This document shows, in pieces, positions 48,901-58,693 of a stretch of 64,000 bases of DNA. How positions within the stretch are numbered: position 1 is the first letter of the stretch; each line of letters begins with the position of its first letter. The stretch comes from an uncultured Poribacteria bacterium (GTDB lineage: Bacteria; Poribacteria; WGA-4E; WGA-3G), in NCBI GenBank assembly GCA_951813565.1, contig OX638351.1, forward strand, positions 4,448,001-4,512,000. The letters run 5' to 3'. A model generated the notes under the pieces. The model was not told the DNA's origin. It worked only from the letters and a program-made list of their open reading frames with translations, and ran no database searches. Made by a program: the position numbers and the translations under genes.

Positions 48901-51900
48901 AATATACTAAATCGTATCCAAAGGCAGCCGTACGGATACACAACAGCACAAGCATGGAGTCCCAGTAGTTTTGAAGAGGCTCAGGCTGGTGCACTTGTGC
49001 AGTTAAAAATATTTATGGAAGAGGAAGGGAAATTAAACGAACTTGTTGAACAATTTGAGAAAAATGCTAATGACAATCCAAAAGACGTACAGACACTTGA
49101 ACAATTAGCACAACTTTACGTTTTGACTGGAAAACGTGAGAAGTCCGAACAAATTACCGAAAGGTTAATCGCTGTATCTCCAAACAATCCAGCGTATCAA
49201 GGTATGCAGATGAATCTGCTCCAAACGCAGGAAAAGCTTAATTATGACACATTAATGGAACAACTTGAAGAATTGGCTTGGTTGGCGCCAGAAGCACGAC
49301 AATGGTATATGGCAGACTTCGCCAGAAGATTTAACAATCAAGGGCAGAAAGAAGATGCTGGAAAACTTTTAGATGATCTTGCGAAAATAAAAGTAATCAC
49401 TCCGAATATATTTTCCATGTTAGTAGAAACTTTTGTACAGATGGGAAGGACAGACGAAGCGGAGAAAATGATTGCACAATTTTCGGCTACAGCCACACCA
49501 CAATTGTCCCAACAGTATTCTCGCATCTATCAAACACTGGCTGCTACCTATCTTCGTGGTGGAAATATTGACAAAGCAATTGCCCTCTATTGGCAATATT
49601 TTGAACGCACAAAACCGAGAATTACAAATCCGCGCCGCACGCAGGCACTCGGAAGATCCAACTACTCTTTTGGAGGATATGCCGCTATTCAATCAAATTT
49701 TCCCGCACCTACAACCTACTACAGCCAGAATAGGCTGGAGTTTCTGCAGCAAATTTTCAATCAGTTGTGGGTAAATAATCAGCAACAAGCATTATATACT
49801 ATCTTACAAGCGAAGTTAGAAGCGGCTGAAGGTAGAGACAGAATTTATCCCGCGTTAGCGATGTGCTATTGCTATTGGTGGGAAAATAAACGCGATACAG
49901 CATTGGGAATCCTTGCTGGTTTACAAAAGGAATTCTCCGATGATCTTACGCTTAAACTTAATACTGTTTTGGTCTCTATTCAGGCAGGTGAACATAAGAC
50001 AGCATTAGAACTCCTGGAAAATCTCGCTGATGCAGATCCCAGAAACCGCCGTCAATATTACGACCTGACGTTACAGGTCGCAGTCCATGTAGGTGATACG
50101 CTCATTGTCCGTGACTTGATCACAAAAGTTCTAAATTCTCCGAGTAGTGTCCGCGAACTTTTTCGGTTTTCACAGAAACTCCAGCAGAACGGTCTCACAC
50201 AGTACGCTATTGCTGTTGCCAAAAAAACAATGACTTTAGCGATGAGAGAACGTGACGCGAACCTCCTCGTACAATTAAGCGAACATCTGGCACAACTCGG
50301 TCGGGGACAAGATGCAGCACGTATAGCTGCACGCGCCATACATTTCGCCAACCAACGCGACCGTTACGGGCGAACATTGTACCCCTGGCAATTTCAACAA
50401 GCAGCACGTCTCGCCAGTCGTTCCATGTCTGGCGGCAACCGAGCAGCAAAATTAATTGAAGCAGCAGAAAAAAATCCAAACTCATTCCAAACCCAAATAA
50501 GATTAGCATCGTTCTACGAAGGTAGAAATCAAATCAATAAGGCTTCAGAAGCTTTTGAGGCAGCGCTTGCACTGCGTCCGAAAGACTATACAACGCGAAT
50601 GCGATACGCACAGATGCTGCAACGGAATAGACAATCAAAAAAGGCTGTAACCCAATATAGCATTCTTCTAAAAGAGAAAAACAATATTAACGCAGTATAT
50701 TCTAACTATTGGGAAGTAGTCCGAACTTTTATTCAAGCGCGGGAAGTAGATAAATTGGTTACACTTGCAAAGGAACTAATAGACCTTGATACCCAATATT
50801 CCAGAGGCAATGATTTCGCAAGGCAGGCTGCAGAGGAATGCATCAGAAACAAAAACTATAAAGCTGCAATTCAAATATATGAAAAATTCATAGAATCCGA
50901 CAAAACAAATATGTACCTCCAATTAGCTGATGCCTATACGTCTGCTGGTGAACGTGATAAAGCAATTCAGCTTTTGAGGCAGAAGCTGCAAACTGTGACC
51001 CCCGATGCGCAAGTTAGCATCATTTTAAAACTCTCAAAGTTTGATGAAACAGAGGAAGAGATAAAAGCGCTTGCAGCGAAATACGATGGGAAGATAAGCA
51101 ATGAAAAAATTGATCCGCCATCACTTTACCTCGCCGCTATTGCGAAAATTGTAACGAACGACTTAGAAGGTTCAGATGCAATTGTCGAAAAACTTCTTGA
51201 ACATGCTCCTTTATCATTAAGACAGCGATGGCTAAATACTGTAGCTGATACATATAAAGCAGAAGGGGACATTGACCGAGAAATTCGCACACTTGAAGCC
51301 ACAATTCAGAATATAGATCTACAGAATTACTGGCAACTTTCAGATACCTATAGAAAACTCGGAACAGCATATTCCCAAAAAGGCGAAAAAGAGAAGGCGC
51401 AGAATGCTATACTAAAAATGGGGACACTTCGACTTATGATGCGGCGTGGTGCACCACAATATTATGAAAAAGAGAACGTTGCACAAACATATATTAAACA
51501 CGAATTGTGGGACGAAGCAGAAATCCTGTTAACCGAAGTAATCAATGATCTTGCAGCACAACAATATTATAAAGAACGCGCACAAGAACAATTGATGACA
51601 ATCAAACAGAGACGGGATGGCGTTGCAGGCAATCAGCTGTCAACACCTAAAACAGCAGGAATGAACATTGGGGTGCAGCGATCAATCGCACAACAACACA
51701 TGCGCCGTAATCAAATCTCTGAAGCCATAGAAATTTACGAGCAGATCGCGAAAGCGATGCCAATAGACCTCGAATCTCGCGCGCAACTTGCCGGCCTCTA
51801 TTCGCGCCAAAATCAACATGAAAAGGCACTTAAAACTTGGCAAGGCTTACTTGAAGCTGATCCTGAAAATACAAGATACCAAGATGGAATTATAAAGGCA

Positions 51901-54882
51901 TATCAAAGCGTTGGGAAACTCAATGATGCAATTCAACTCGCCTTGAAATATATTCAGGATGACGCTGAAAACGGTATACATTACGCTCGGCTCGCGCAAC
52001 TCTACGGTAGCAATGGTCAAATTGAAGACGCTATCACAAATTATAAAAAAGCTATTGAACTTTCACCAGGGGATGCACAAACCTATGAACGATTAGGACG
52101 GCTCTACCTTCGCAACAGTAGACTTGATGATGCTGAAAAAGCATTCAACGAAGCACTCAAATACGTTGCACAGGATGGACAACGACAGAACATTGAGCGA
52201 CAATTGATGCAAATCTATCAGCGTAAAGGGAAACTTGATGAATTTCTAAAAGACGCGGAAGAGCGAGGGGCACTTACCTTTGCTATGCAACAAGAAATCG
52301 CACGTGACCTTGACAGTCAAGGGAAGTTAGATGAAGCCGTCAAGGCTTATGAAAAAGCTCTTCAATTGACAACCGGTGAATGGGAACAACAGAATGTTGA
52401 ACGACAACTGTTATCACTCTATCGACGTCAAGGTAAATTAGAAGAAAAGTTAAAGGAAGCAGAAAAGAATGGCACTCTTACGTTCACTATGCAATTGGAA
52501 CTTGCCCGTCAATATCGTACTAAGGGAGAATCTGAAAAAGCCATCAGTGCCTATAAGGAAGCGCTCAACATGACGTCCAGCAGTTACGAACAAAATAATG
52601 CCTATATGGAACTGATGCAGGAATACGTCCGCCGTGGTGAGAATGATTTGGCAATTGAACTTCATGATGAAATGTATCAACCCAATTCAAATTCCACCAC
52701 TATAGGTAGGGGTCCATCAGGTTTTGATATCAAGTTCGGTGATGATACAGCGCGTGATACTTTAATTAAAGCCTATAAGAAGCAAGGAAAATTGCACCAA
52801 TTGCAGACAATCTTTGAAGAAAAGCTTACAAAGAAGCCTAATGATGCTATCACCCTTGAAATAGTCGGAGAAATATATAGGAAATCCGAAAACCATGAGA
52901 AGGCAGCAGAGACATATCAGGCACTTTGCAAAGCAGAACCGAGTAATGTTCGCAGTTTTTATTACGCTGCTGCCGCACTTAATAAAAGCGGAAAATCAGA
53001 GAAGGCAAAAGAAATGTTAAATCAAGCCACTACTGCACTTACATCAAGTACCCGTAGGAGCGATATGTGGTTACTCTGTGCACTTGGTTCTATCTGTTAT
53101 GAAAGTAAAATGTATACACCTGCGATCAAACTGTTTAAAGACGCTATTGCTGCCAATACGATGCACAGACATGGTGGGTCCAGATGGGAAGAGGAGATAT
53201 TATATGATCTCATCGGGAAAAGTGCACTCGCGACAGAACAGTATGAAGAAGCTGTTGAAGCATATCAACAGTTGAAAAGTATTACCAGCGATAGAAGAAA
53301 AAAAGAGAACGCGGAAAAAGCAATCCAACAAGCATATAGAGACGGAAATCTTCACCAAAAACAGATTCCTGAACAGATTAAGAAAATTGAAGATAACCCA
53401 AACGATGTAGATGCGCGCCTCGCGCTTGCACAAAACTACGAATTAAGTAACAAGATCAAAGAAGCAATCGCGCAATACGAAAAGATTAGCGAACTTCAAC
53501 CTGATAAAGCGCAATGGCACAAAAAAATTGGGGACCTATACGAGGGTTCAACGCAGACAAACAAGCAAGAGAGATTACAAAAAGCGGCCGCAGCTTATCA
53601 AATAGCCATCTCACTTGAACCCGACTCGTATGAACTTTATGACTCGTTGGCAAAAACTCATAAAAATCAAGATAACTTATCAGAAGCCGAAGCCGCATAT
53701 CGTCAAGCCTTAAAAGCTTCTCTCAAACCAGCAGAATATGATTCAGCTGTTAAAGCCATCTTGAAACTTTACGGCGGTAAAGAATATACAGAAAAAAGGC
53801 TTGCCATTCTTAAAGAACTTGGCGAAGAAACCCAAAACAGTCCTTTTCTCCACAAAATGTTAGGCGGTACCTATATTGAATCAGGTGATACGGATAAAGC
53901 AGCGTCTGCATATAGAAAATGGTTAGAAATACTTAAAGATGAACCTAATCAGGGAAAAAACGCAGAGGAATTTTCTCAACTTGCTCAGCATCTTCTGAGT
54001 CAGAATATCATGCCGGAAATTGCATTGGAACTTGCAAAACAAGCAGCTGAAACCCGAACAGATTCAAACTACCTATCAACCCTGGGTCACGCATACCTGG
54101 CGAATGAACAGTATGATAAGGCATTAGAAAATTTACAACACAGCCTTAACCTTATAAATCAGTCTGGAAAAGCCAGCGGAGATAGAATAGAACATTTGCT
54201 TACAGGTATCTCTCAAATAGGTAAGAATGTCAAAGACAAAACACTTTACACGGAAATGATAGGAAAATTGATTGACGTTATACCCGACCAACCAGACAAC
54301 CAGCTAAATGCTAACTTATCATTAGCTGAATTCTGCCGTGAACTCGGAATGATGGACAAATCAAAATCATATATTCTGAAAACGGGCTTTTTCCCCGAAA
54401 CTGCATGGTTAACACTCGGTCCATTCGACAATACAAAAGGTGTCGGATACAACACCGCTTATATCCCAGAAGAAACAACGGAGATAGACACCAATGCAAA
54501 ATATGACGCGGTCTCTGGAAAAGTGACTTGGAAACGGGGAACTGATGATACCTTTGACGGATTTTTTGACTTTAGCAACGGTGAAAATTGGCACACCGCT
54601 TATGCATGGATAACCTTTACCTCACCTGAGGAACGGAAAGCACAAATCCGATTTGATAGTGATGACCAAGGTAAAGTATGGTTGAACGGTAGTAAAGTAT
54701 ATGCACACAGAAGAACTCGTGGCGCACAAATTGACCGGCGAACCATCCCTGTGACACTTATCGCAGGGCAAAACACTATCCTTGTCAAAGTCTGTAATGA
54801 ATTACTACCTTGGGGATTTTATCTTCGAATTACTGATACTGAAGGCAAACCTTTTGATGATTTGAAACTGGTGACCAAATAG
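45904..54882 (+). CDS. Giant secreted TPR-repeat protein (2992 aa) with C-terminal PA14-like module
   Basis: AAGGAGG SD, signal peptide, dozens of A...Y..AL.L.P repeats, C-terminal WLTLGPFDN...SDDQGKVWLNG. Confidence 0.88.
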   Translation: MFGREKCLIALCVLYLLFSTLLLSPIILAQDETSDAKIIERYKLMLNQKPKEGSTFDRLYQFYLEGDGLEKMVADYQAETQAKPNDPNIQLILGHIYKRLGKDKEALAAYQRTVALAPNNYYAYFALGQLHVTLRQHEDAIRELTKAVTLSEQLQSVSPEELTEIYKALGHAYFSRDKLDDAIQVWKKISELDPQNVFARIELADLFREKELYPQAIAQHQAIIDIKKDDPYRRCLSLREIGKIHEDTGDYEKAREHYDRALDLTATGNWLRKDLQHRIIAIYSADANWTDLITYYQGKLEANPNDPELLGLLAATYIENQQLEEGTDTYRKGLELAPTDSGLRLNLITALRNAEKFEEAAAEYESLSEQQPDDFGIYRELGKLYLELENEDKAKAVYQRMIDRDPQNASTHLTLAEIYTGHEWMENAAAAYQQAISLAPQNLDYIEYFGEFYFRQANRDKAIETWNQMVADDKSTAENYDRLARLLEAKKFPTEAIDASKKAVELMPDAYRFREALAKRLLSNKQYDDALLEYNEAIKLAPNDFFAEQMDDQRIELYRQQGTLVEKIEDAEAQLEKPGLADTDKFTQLKRLAKMYLKLSNNTYALEILLKAKELQPNDISVNRQTANLYVKQGRRDEAIAIYTYLTEIDSTNAREYHANIANAYLKGMDFEAATNAAKQVVAHSPRNPEGHQLLAEIAKQSANYEAAIDSYKQAIRLRPEAIDIRTELAALYNSSGNSRQAIAQYWRCWELSDNISDKLSFIKPLSEAYYDLGRSGELEEKLKQMAKSNTSGVGPVLALGQVYRIEGDLSNARFQLASALDRQRENAELLSQLVDISLDLGDFQEALTYQQRLVKANPDPTHQQKLGELLFDVGREQEAIQAWSKVLHAKNQTLEAEVKLAKLLIRHGLLEEALFALDSAAEKISGKDAHLALYQIGATLVEINEAERAMPHFQRILAMPEPGSDTTLTATTNNTTTSVRSAIYRPPGVNTNKLTLPQNILNRIQRQPYGYTTAQAWSPSSFEEAQAGALVQLKIFMEEEGKLNELVEQFEKNANDNPKDVQTLEQLAQLYVLTGKREKSEQITERLIAVSPNNPAYQGMQMNLLQTQEKLNYDTLMEQLEELAWLAPEARQWYMADFARRFNNQGQKEDAGKLLDDLAKIKVITPNIFSMLVETFVQMGRTDEAEKMIAQFSATATPQLSQQYSRIYQTLAATYLRGGNIDKAIALYWQYFERTKPRITNPRRTQALGRSNYSFGGYAAIQSNFPAPTTYYSQNRLEFLQQIFNQLWVNNQQQALYTILQAKLEAAEGRDRIYPALAMCYCYWWENKRDTALGILAGLQKEFSDDLTLKLNTVLVSIQAGEHKTALELLENLADADPRNRRQYYDLTLQVAVHVGDTLIVRDLITKVLNSPSSVRELFRFSQKLQQNGLTQYAIAVAKKTMTLAMRERDANLLVQLSEHLAQLGRGQDAARIAARAIHFANQRDRYGRTLYPWQFQQAARLASRSMSGGNRAAKLIEAAEKNPNSFQTQIRLASFYEGRNQINKASEAFEAALALRPKDYTTRMRYAQMLQRNRQSKKAVTQYSILLKEKNNINAVYSNYWEVVRTFIQAREVDKLVTLAKELIDLDTQYSRGNDFARQAAEECIRNKNYKAAIQIYEKFIESDKTNMYLQLADAYTSAGERDKAIQLLRQKLQTVTPDAQVSIILKLSKFDETEEEIKALAAKYDGKISNEKIDPPSLYLAAIAKIVTNDLEGSDAIVEKLLEHAPLSLRQRWLNTVADTYKAEGDIDREIRTLEATIQNIDLQNYWQLSDTYRKLGTAYSQKGEKEKAQNAILKMGTLRLMMRRGAPQYYEKENVAQTYIKHELWDEAEILLTEVINDLAAQQYYKERAQEQLMTIKQRRDGVAGNQLSTPKTAGMNIGVQRSIAQQHMRRNQISEAIEIYEQIAKAMPIDLESRAQLAGLYSRQNQHEKALKTWQGLLEADPENTRYQDGIIKAYQSVGKLNDAIQLALKYIQDDAENGIHYARLAQLYGSNGQIEDAITNYKKAIELSPGDAQTYERLGRLYLRNSRLDDAEKAFNEALKYVAQDGQRQNIERQLMQIYQRKGKLDEFLKDAEERGALTFAMQQEIARDLDSQGKLDEAVKAYEKALQLTTGEWEQQNVERQLLSLYRRQGKLEEKLKEAEKNGTLTFTMQLELARQYRTKGESEKAISAYKEALNMTSSSYEQNNAYMELMQEYVRRGENDLAIELHDEMYQPNSNSTTIGRGPSGFDIKFGDDTARDTLIKAYKKQGKLHQLQTIFEEKLTKKPNDAITLEIVGEIYRKSENHEKAAETYQALCKAEPSNVRSFYYAAAALNKSGKSEKAKEMLNQATTALTSSTRRSDMWLLCALGSICYESKMYTPAIKLFKDAIAANTMHRHGGSRWEEEILYDLIGKSALATEQYEEAVEAYQQLKSITSDRRKKENAEKAIQQAYRDGNLHQKQIPEQIKKIEDNPNDVDARLALAQNYELSNKIKEAIAQYEKISELQPDKAQWHKKIGDLYEGSTQTNKQERLQKAAAAYQIAISLEPDSYELYDSLAKTHKNQDNLSEAEAAYRQALKASLKPAEYDSAVKAILKLYGGKEYTEKRLAILKELGEETQNSPFLHKMLGGTYIESGDTDKAASAYRKWLEILKDEPNQGKNAEEFSQLAQHLLSQNIMPEIALELAKQAAETRTDSNYLSTLGHAYLANEQYDKALENLQHSLNLINQSGKASGDRIEHLLTGISQIGKNVKDKTLYTEMIGKLIDVIPDQPDNQLNANLSLAEFCRELGMMDKSKSYILKTGFFPETAWLTLGPFDNTKGVGYNTAYIPEETTEIDTNAKYDAVSGKVTWKRGTDDTFDGFFDFSNGENWHTAYAWITFTSPEERKAQIRFDSDDQGKVWLNGSKVYAHRRTRGAQIDRRTIPVTLIAGQNTILVKVCNELLPWGFYLRITDTEGKPFDDLKLVTK

Positions 54883-54993
54883 TAAATTCAACGTAGAAAT
54901 GCTTGGCAACATAATCCGTTCTTTACTTCAAGTTTACAGTAAAAAAGTTATACCATTTCTAATATATAATGTGTCATTTGCTGGAATATCTTG

Positions 54994-55186
54994 TCCGAGC
55001 GACCTCGAATCAACGCCAAATGCGCTTGGCAGCATACGCCAAATCAACGGTATGAATCATGGCGAATGCCATACGGGGAATGCCAAAAGGCATTCATACC
55101 GTTGATTTGGCGCATTCGTCTTTAGGCATTCCCCGTATGATATGCTGCATGATTTGTCGGGTCGCGACCAATAGGTCGCTCCTACA
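54994..55186. repeat. REP with nested micro-elements
   Basis: GAGCGACC...GGTCGCTCCTAC REP halves. Type-1 micro-elements at 55040-55134 and 55075-55109. Confidence 0.8.
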
Positions 55187-55372
55187 AGAACATCTCAATA
55201 ATGGCATCTTATTTATAGTAAAATTCACAATTACCTTTACATTGGCGAGGTTAGGAAACCTCGCCAGCGCATGCGTGTGGGAATTGCTGTTCACTGAAAT
55301 GTGAACATATTATTGGATTTTACTATAATAGAAATGGTATTAGATCTTACTCACTATGAGTTCAAGAACTGT

Positions 55373-58300
55373 TTATTGATCTGCCGAATCGTCAAGTGAA
55401 AAGCGGAGTACGCCCTTTCCTGCCGTTCCCACATAGAGGGTGTCTGCATCAACGTCAAAAGAAAAAACAAAATGTGGGATTTCTGGCGTTACTTGTTGCC
55501 ACTTGCCAGTGTCCATGCTCAATTGATATATTTTATGGTTATATTCGCCGTAAACCGTTGTGTCATCGACTGCCAATCTTTTCATAGCGAGAGGTGTTCC
55601 TTCGCCGTCAGTGAGTGTGTGCCAATCAGTTCCGTTGCCTGAACGGACAACGCCTTTGTCAGTTGCCACATAGACAAAGTTTCCAGCGAAGACTATATTC
55701 TTGAAATGGTCTACAGGAAACGGCAGATTTGCAGTGACATCGTTCCACGTGTTTCCTTCATCAACAGATCGCATGAGACGACCATCCAATTTCCCGACGT
55801 AAACAGTACTTCCCAAAACAGCAAGTTTAAAACCGACAGCAAGTTTAGAACGGATAGATTCTAAAGTAACAACTTCGCCAGATTCAAAACTAACACCTTC
55901 ATCTAATATGCCCGTGTCCGACCATTCAGCTATGCTTGGTTCCAATTTGAAGAGTTTGTGCATGTATTCCACATAGTATGTTCCGTCGTTAACAGCAAAA
56001 CATCCAAGCATTGAAGTATAAATACTACCCTTTCCTTGTGTCACAGATCTTATAGGTCTCCTATGAGTAGTATTCATTTCCTCCAATTCTTCCAATGCTT
56101 TGTGTGGGTCATATACATTAAAGGCGGGTACTTTAGAAGCGTCAATGAGTCTATTATCTTTGGTAGATAAACGGTAAAACCGAGGTGTCCCAATTTTATC
56201 GTCTCTCACATATAGTTGCCCATTAGATTGCGCAATACGTGTGATATAACCAGTATCGCCTGGAACAGGTGTCCACGATTCTCCACCATCAGCTGAACTG
56301 AGAAGTCCACCATTCGACTGCGCGTAGAGGACACCGTTAACAGCAATCAATTCACTGATATATGTATTTACGAATCCAGTATTGAATTGATGCCACGTTT
56401 TTCCTCTATCTGTGGTGCGATAAATTCCCAATCTTCCAGATACTCCGAATTTTCCAGATACATAGAAAGTATTCTCATTTAACGATGCCAAACCAGAAGT
56501 CTCACCTATATTATCCGTTTTGTCTGAGGTTCTCCAAGTTTCACCTGCATTGATAGAATAGAAGCATTTCTCACCCTCAATCAATATCACCGTTTCCCCC
56601 GCTGCAGACATTTTGAAGGTAGTATTCACTTGTGTCCTAAAGGGAACATCGCCTTCATTCTGGCGCGGTGGAGATATATTGGACAATTTAACCTTCTGCT
56701 GTGGTTTATTCTTTATATTCTTCTCGTCTGGCGTTATTGCATGCCATGAATCGCCCCGGTCATCTGTACGAAAAAGAGACCACACGTATAGTTGTTTTAG
56801 CTGCTTAATTTCCAATTCCGTCGGTATTGTACTAGTAAAAGAGATAGTTGCATTAAGTGGAACATAACCAGATCCAAGAAAACTTTTCTTTGTCACAACA
56901 TAGAGACGGTTATCTGTAACTGACATTGCAATAATAGGTAGCGTGTTTCCTTTCGTATCTGCTTGAACGATGGACAATTGTTCCCATTTATCGGCGTTAA
57001 GACGATAAAGTCCTTTGTCAGTACCGACAAAAACAGTATTTCCTACATTAGTGATTACGCCAACTTGTCTATCGTTGATACCTTCGGGCAATGGTGTCCA
57101 TGAATTGCCAGCGTTATCTGATCGAAATACGCCTTTCTTGTAAGCAAGGTAAATCGTCATATCACTTTGTCCACCTGGTATTTTATCCGTTATGACCATG
57201 CTGACAAGTTCACCTTTTATACACTCACAAAATTCTTTCCATGTCACGCCTCTATCTGTAGAAGCAAAAATCTTTGAATCAATAGCACGGTAGAGCGTAT
57301 TCTGCCACTCTGCTACATGCCGAAATGCATTCCTTCCCATTGCTGCATAACGCGAGGAATCTTTGATAGTGTTTATGAGTTTCCACGACTGTCCATTATC
57401 TGTGAGTCTGTAGAGACCGCTTTTTGAGAGACTGCTTTTTGCCGTTGCATACACGTCACCACGGTTTGTTGTGAATAAGGTAGCAACTATGCCACCCTCG
57501 GGACCTTTGGGATCACTCCATTGTCGTTTCGATTTTGAAATTTCTATGTCATCTATCTGTGCTGCAGCGAACAGTGGCGCGTCCGGTTTTTGCCCTATTC
57601 CTTCGGGACTACCAGTTACATCAGATTTCCCGACTTGAGTCCGCACCGCTGGTTTTGCTGGCATGTCAATGACAAGTTGTGTCTCTGTTATTTCAATCTT
57701 CGGTTCAGATTGTGCGTTTAAGCTATACGGTCTCTGAAAACGAATCAGATTTTGCGCCCCAACTCCCATTAACATTACCATTAAAATGGCAGCGGCAGCG
57801 GAAACTGCCAATGGCACCAGAGGTTTATTGCCTGAAGGTGCTACCGGTTTTAGACGTGAAATTTCCTTCATGATATTCTCTGTCATTTGTGTTGGCAGTT
57901 GGAAACTGCTAAGATTTTCTTGAATCACTGCTTCCTCCTTCTTTAAGCGTTCCCGGGCGCGATGCAGCCGACTTTTAACCGTGTTCGGCGATACACCCAA
58001 AAACTTACCGATCTCTTCACATGTTAAACCTGCAAGGTAGTGCATCGTTACCACTGTCCGTTCACTTTCTCGGAGTTTATTGAGCAGCTTCCGAACAATT
58101 GCTCGCTGATTTTGATTCGCTGCTTCTTCACGTTGACGAGACGTATATTCGGAATAATACACCTCTTCTAATTCCATTGGGTCTGTCTCCTCCAGAGATT
58201 GTAGTTTCGGTTTTTTCTTTCGGTGCCACATGTTACACTTATTACTGGTAATGACATAGAGCCATCCAGCAAATCGGTTGTGATGTGTGAGGGTTGAAAG

Positions 58301-58477
58301 TTTTTGATACGCTGTGATGAAAGCATCTTGTGTTATCTCTTGCGCAATATGGAAATCACCAATTTTCTGCCACGCCAGCGCGTGTATCTGTTCTTGGTAT
58401 TTTTCTACAAGTGCAGCAAAGGCGTGTTGATCACCTTCAAGTGTGCGTTCAATCAACTCAGCATCATTATGTTTCAT
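55373..58477 (-). CDS. ECF sigma-70 factor fused via a TM segment to a BNR/Asp-box beta-propeller
   Basis: Sigma r2/r4 (AQEITQDAF, GVSPNTVKSRLHRAR), hydrophobic LAVSAAAAILMVMLMGVG, repeated S.D.G.TW boxes. Confidence 0.88.
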   Translation of the reverse strand: MKHNDAELIERTLEGDQHAFAALVEKYQEQIHALAWQKIGDFHIAQEITQDAFITAYQKLSTLTHHNRFAGWLYVITSNKCNMWHRKKKPKLQSLEETDPMELEEVYYSEYTSRQREEAANQNQRAIVRKLLNKLRESERTVVTMHYLAGLTCEEIGKFLGVSPNTVKSRLHRARERLKKEEAVIQENLSSFQLPTQMTENIMKEISRLKPVAPSGNKPLVPLAVSAAAAILMVMLMGVGAQNLIRFQRPYSLNAQSEPKIEITETQLVIDMPAKPAVRTQVGKSDVTGSPEGIGQKPDAPLFAAAQIDDIEISKSKRQWSDPKGPEGGIVATLFTTNRGDVYATAKSSLSKSGLYRLTDNGQSWKLINTIKDSSRYAAMGRNAFRHVAEWQNTLYRAIDSKIFASTDRGVTWKEFCECIKGELVSMVITDKIPGGQSDMTIYLAYKKGVFRSDNAGNSWTPLPEGINDRQVGVITNVGNTVFVGTDKGLYRLNADKWEQLSIVQADTKGNTLPIIAMSVTDNRLYVVTKKSFLGSGYVPLNATISFTSTIPTELEIKQLKQLYVWSLFRTDDRGDSWHAITPDEKNIKNKPQQKVKLSNISPPRQNEGDVPFRTQVNTTFKMSAAGETVILIEGEKCFYSINAGETWRTSDKTDNIGETSGLASLNENTFYVSGKFGVSGRLGIYRTTDRGKTWHQFNTGFVNTYISELIAVNGVLYAQSNGGLLSSADGGESWTPVPGDTGYITRIAQSNGQLYVRDDKIGTPRFYRLSTKDNRLIDASKVPAFNVYDPHKALEELEEMNTTHRRPIRSVTQGKGSIYTSMLGCFAVNDGTYYVEYMHKLFKLEPSIAEWSDTGILDEGVSFESGEVVTLESIRSKLAVGFKLAVLGSTVYVGKLDGRLMRSVDEGNTWNDVTANLPFPVDHFKNIVFAGNFVYVATDKGVVRSGNGTDWHTLTDGEGTPLAMKRLAVDDTTVYGEYNHKIYQLSMDTGKWQQVTPEIPHFVFSFDVDADTLYVGTAGKGVLRFSLDDSADQ

Positions 58478-58513
58478 GGAACACCTCACAAATAGACTAA
58501 TCTTTTAATATAA

Positions 58514-58541
58514 AGATGCTATTTGGCTTATGAAGGTTGCA
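58514..58541 (-). promoter_or_regulatory. Putative ECF-type autoregulatory promoter
   Basis: TGCAAC-N16-GCATCT about 35 nt upstream of the start. Confidence 0.4.
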
Positions 58542-58693
58542 TTTATCAGAAAAAAGTACGTGATTGAAAAAGGAAGACTAATTTTGCGCAGTTCCCAATA
58601 ACAAAAAGATCTTGAGGAAATTGGTTTATTGGGAGTTATGCCTTAAAATGATAGCATATAATTGGACGATTGCCAACTATAGAAAATCACGGA

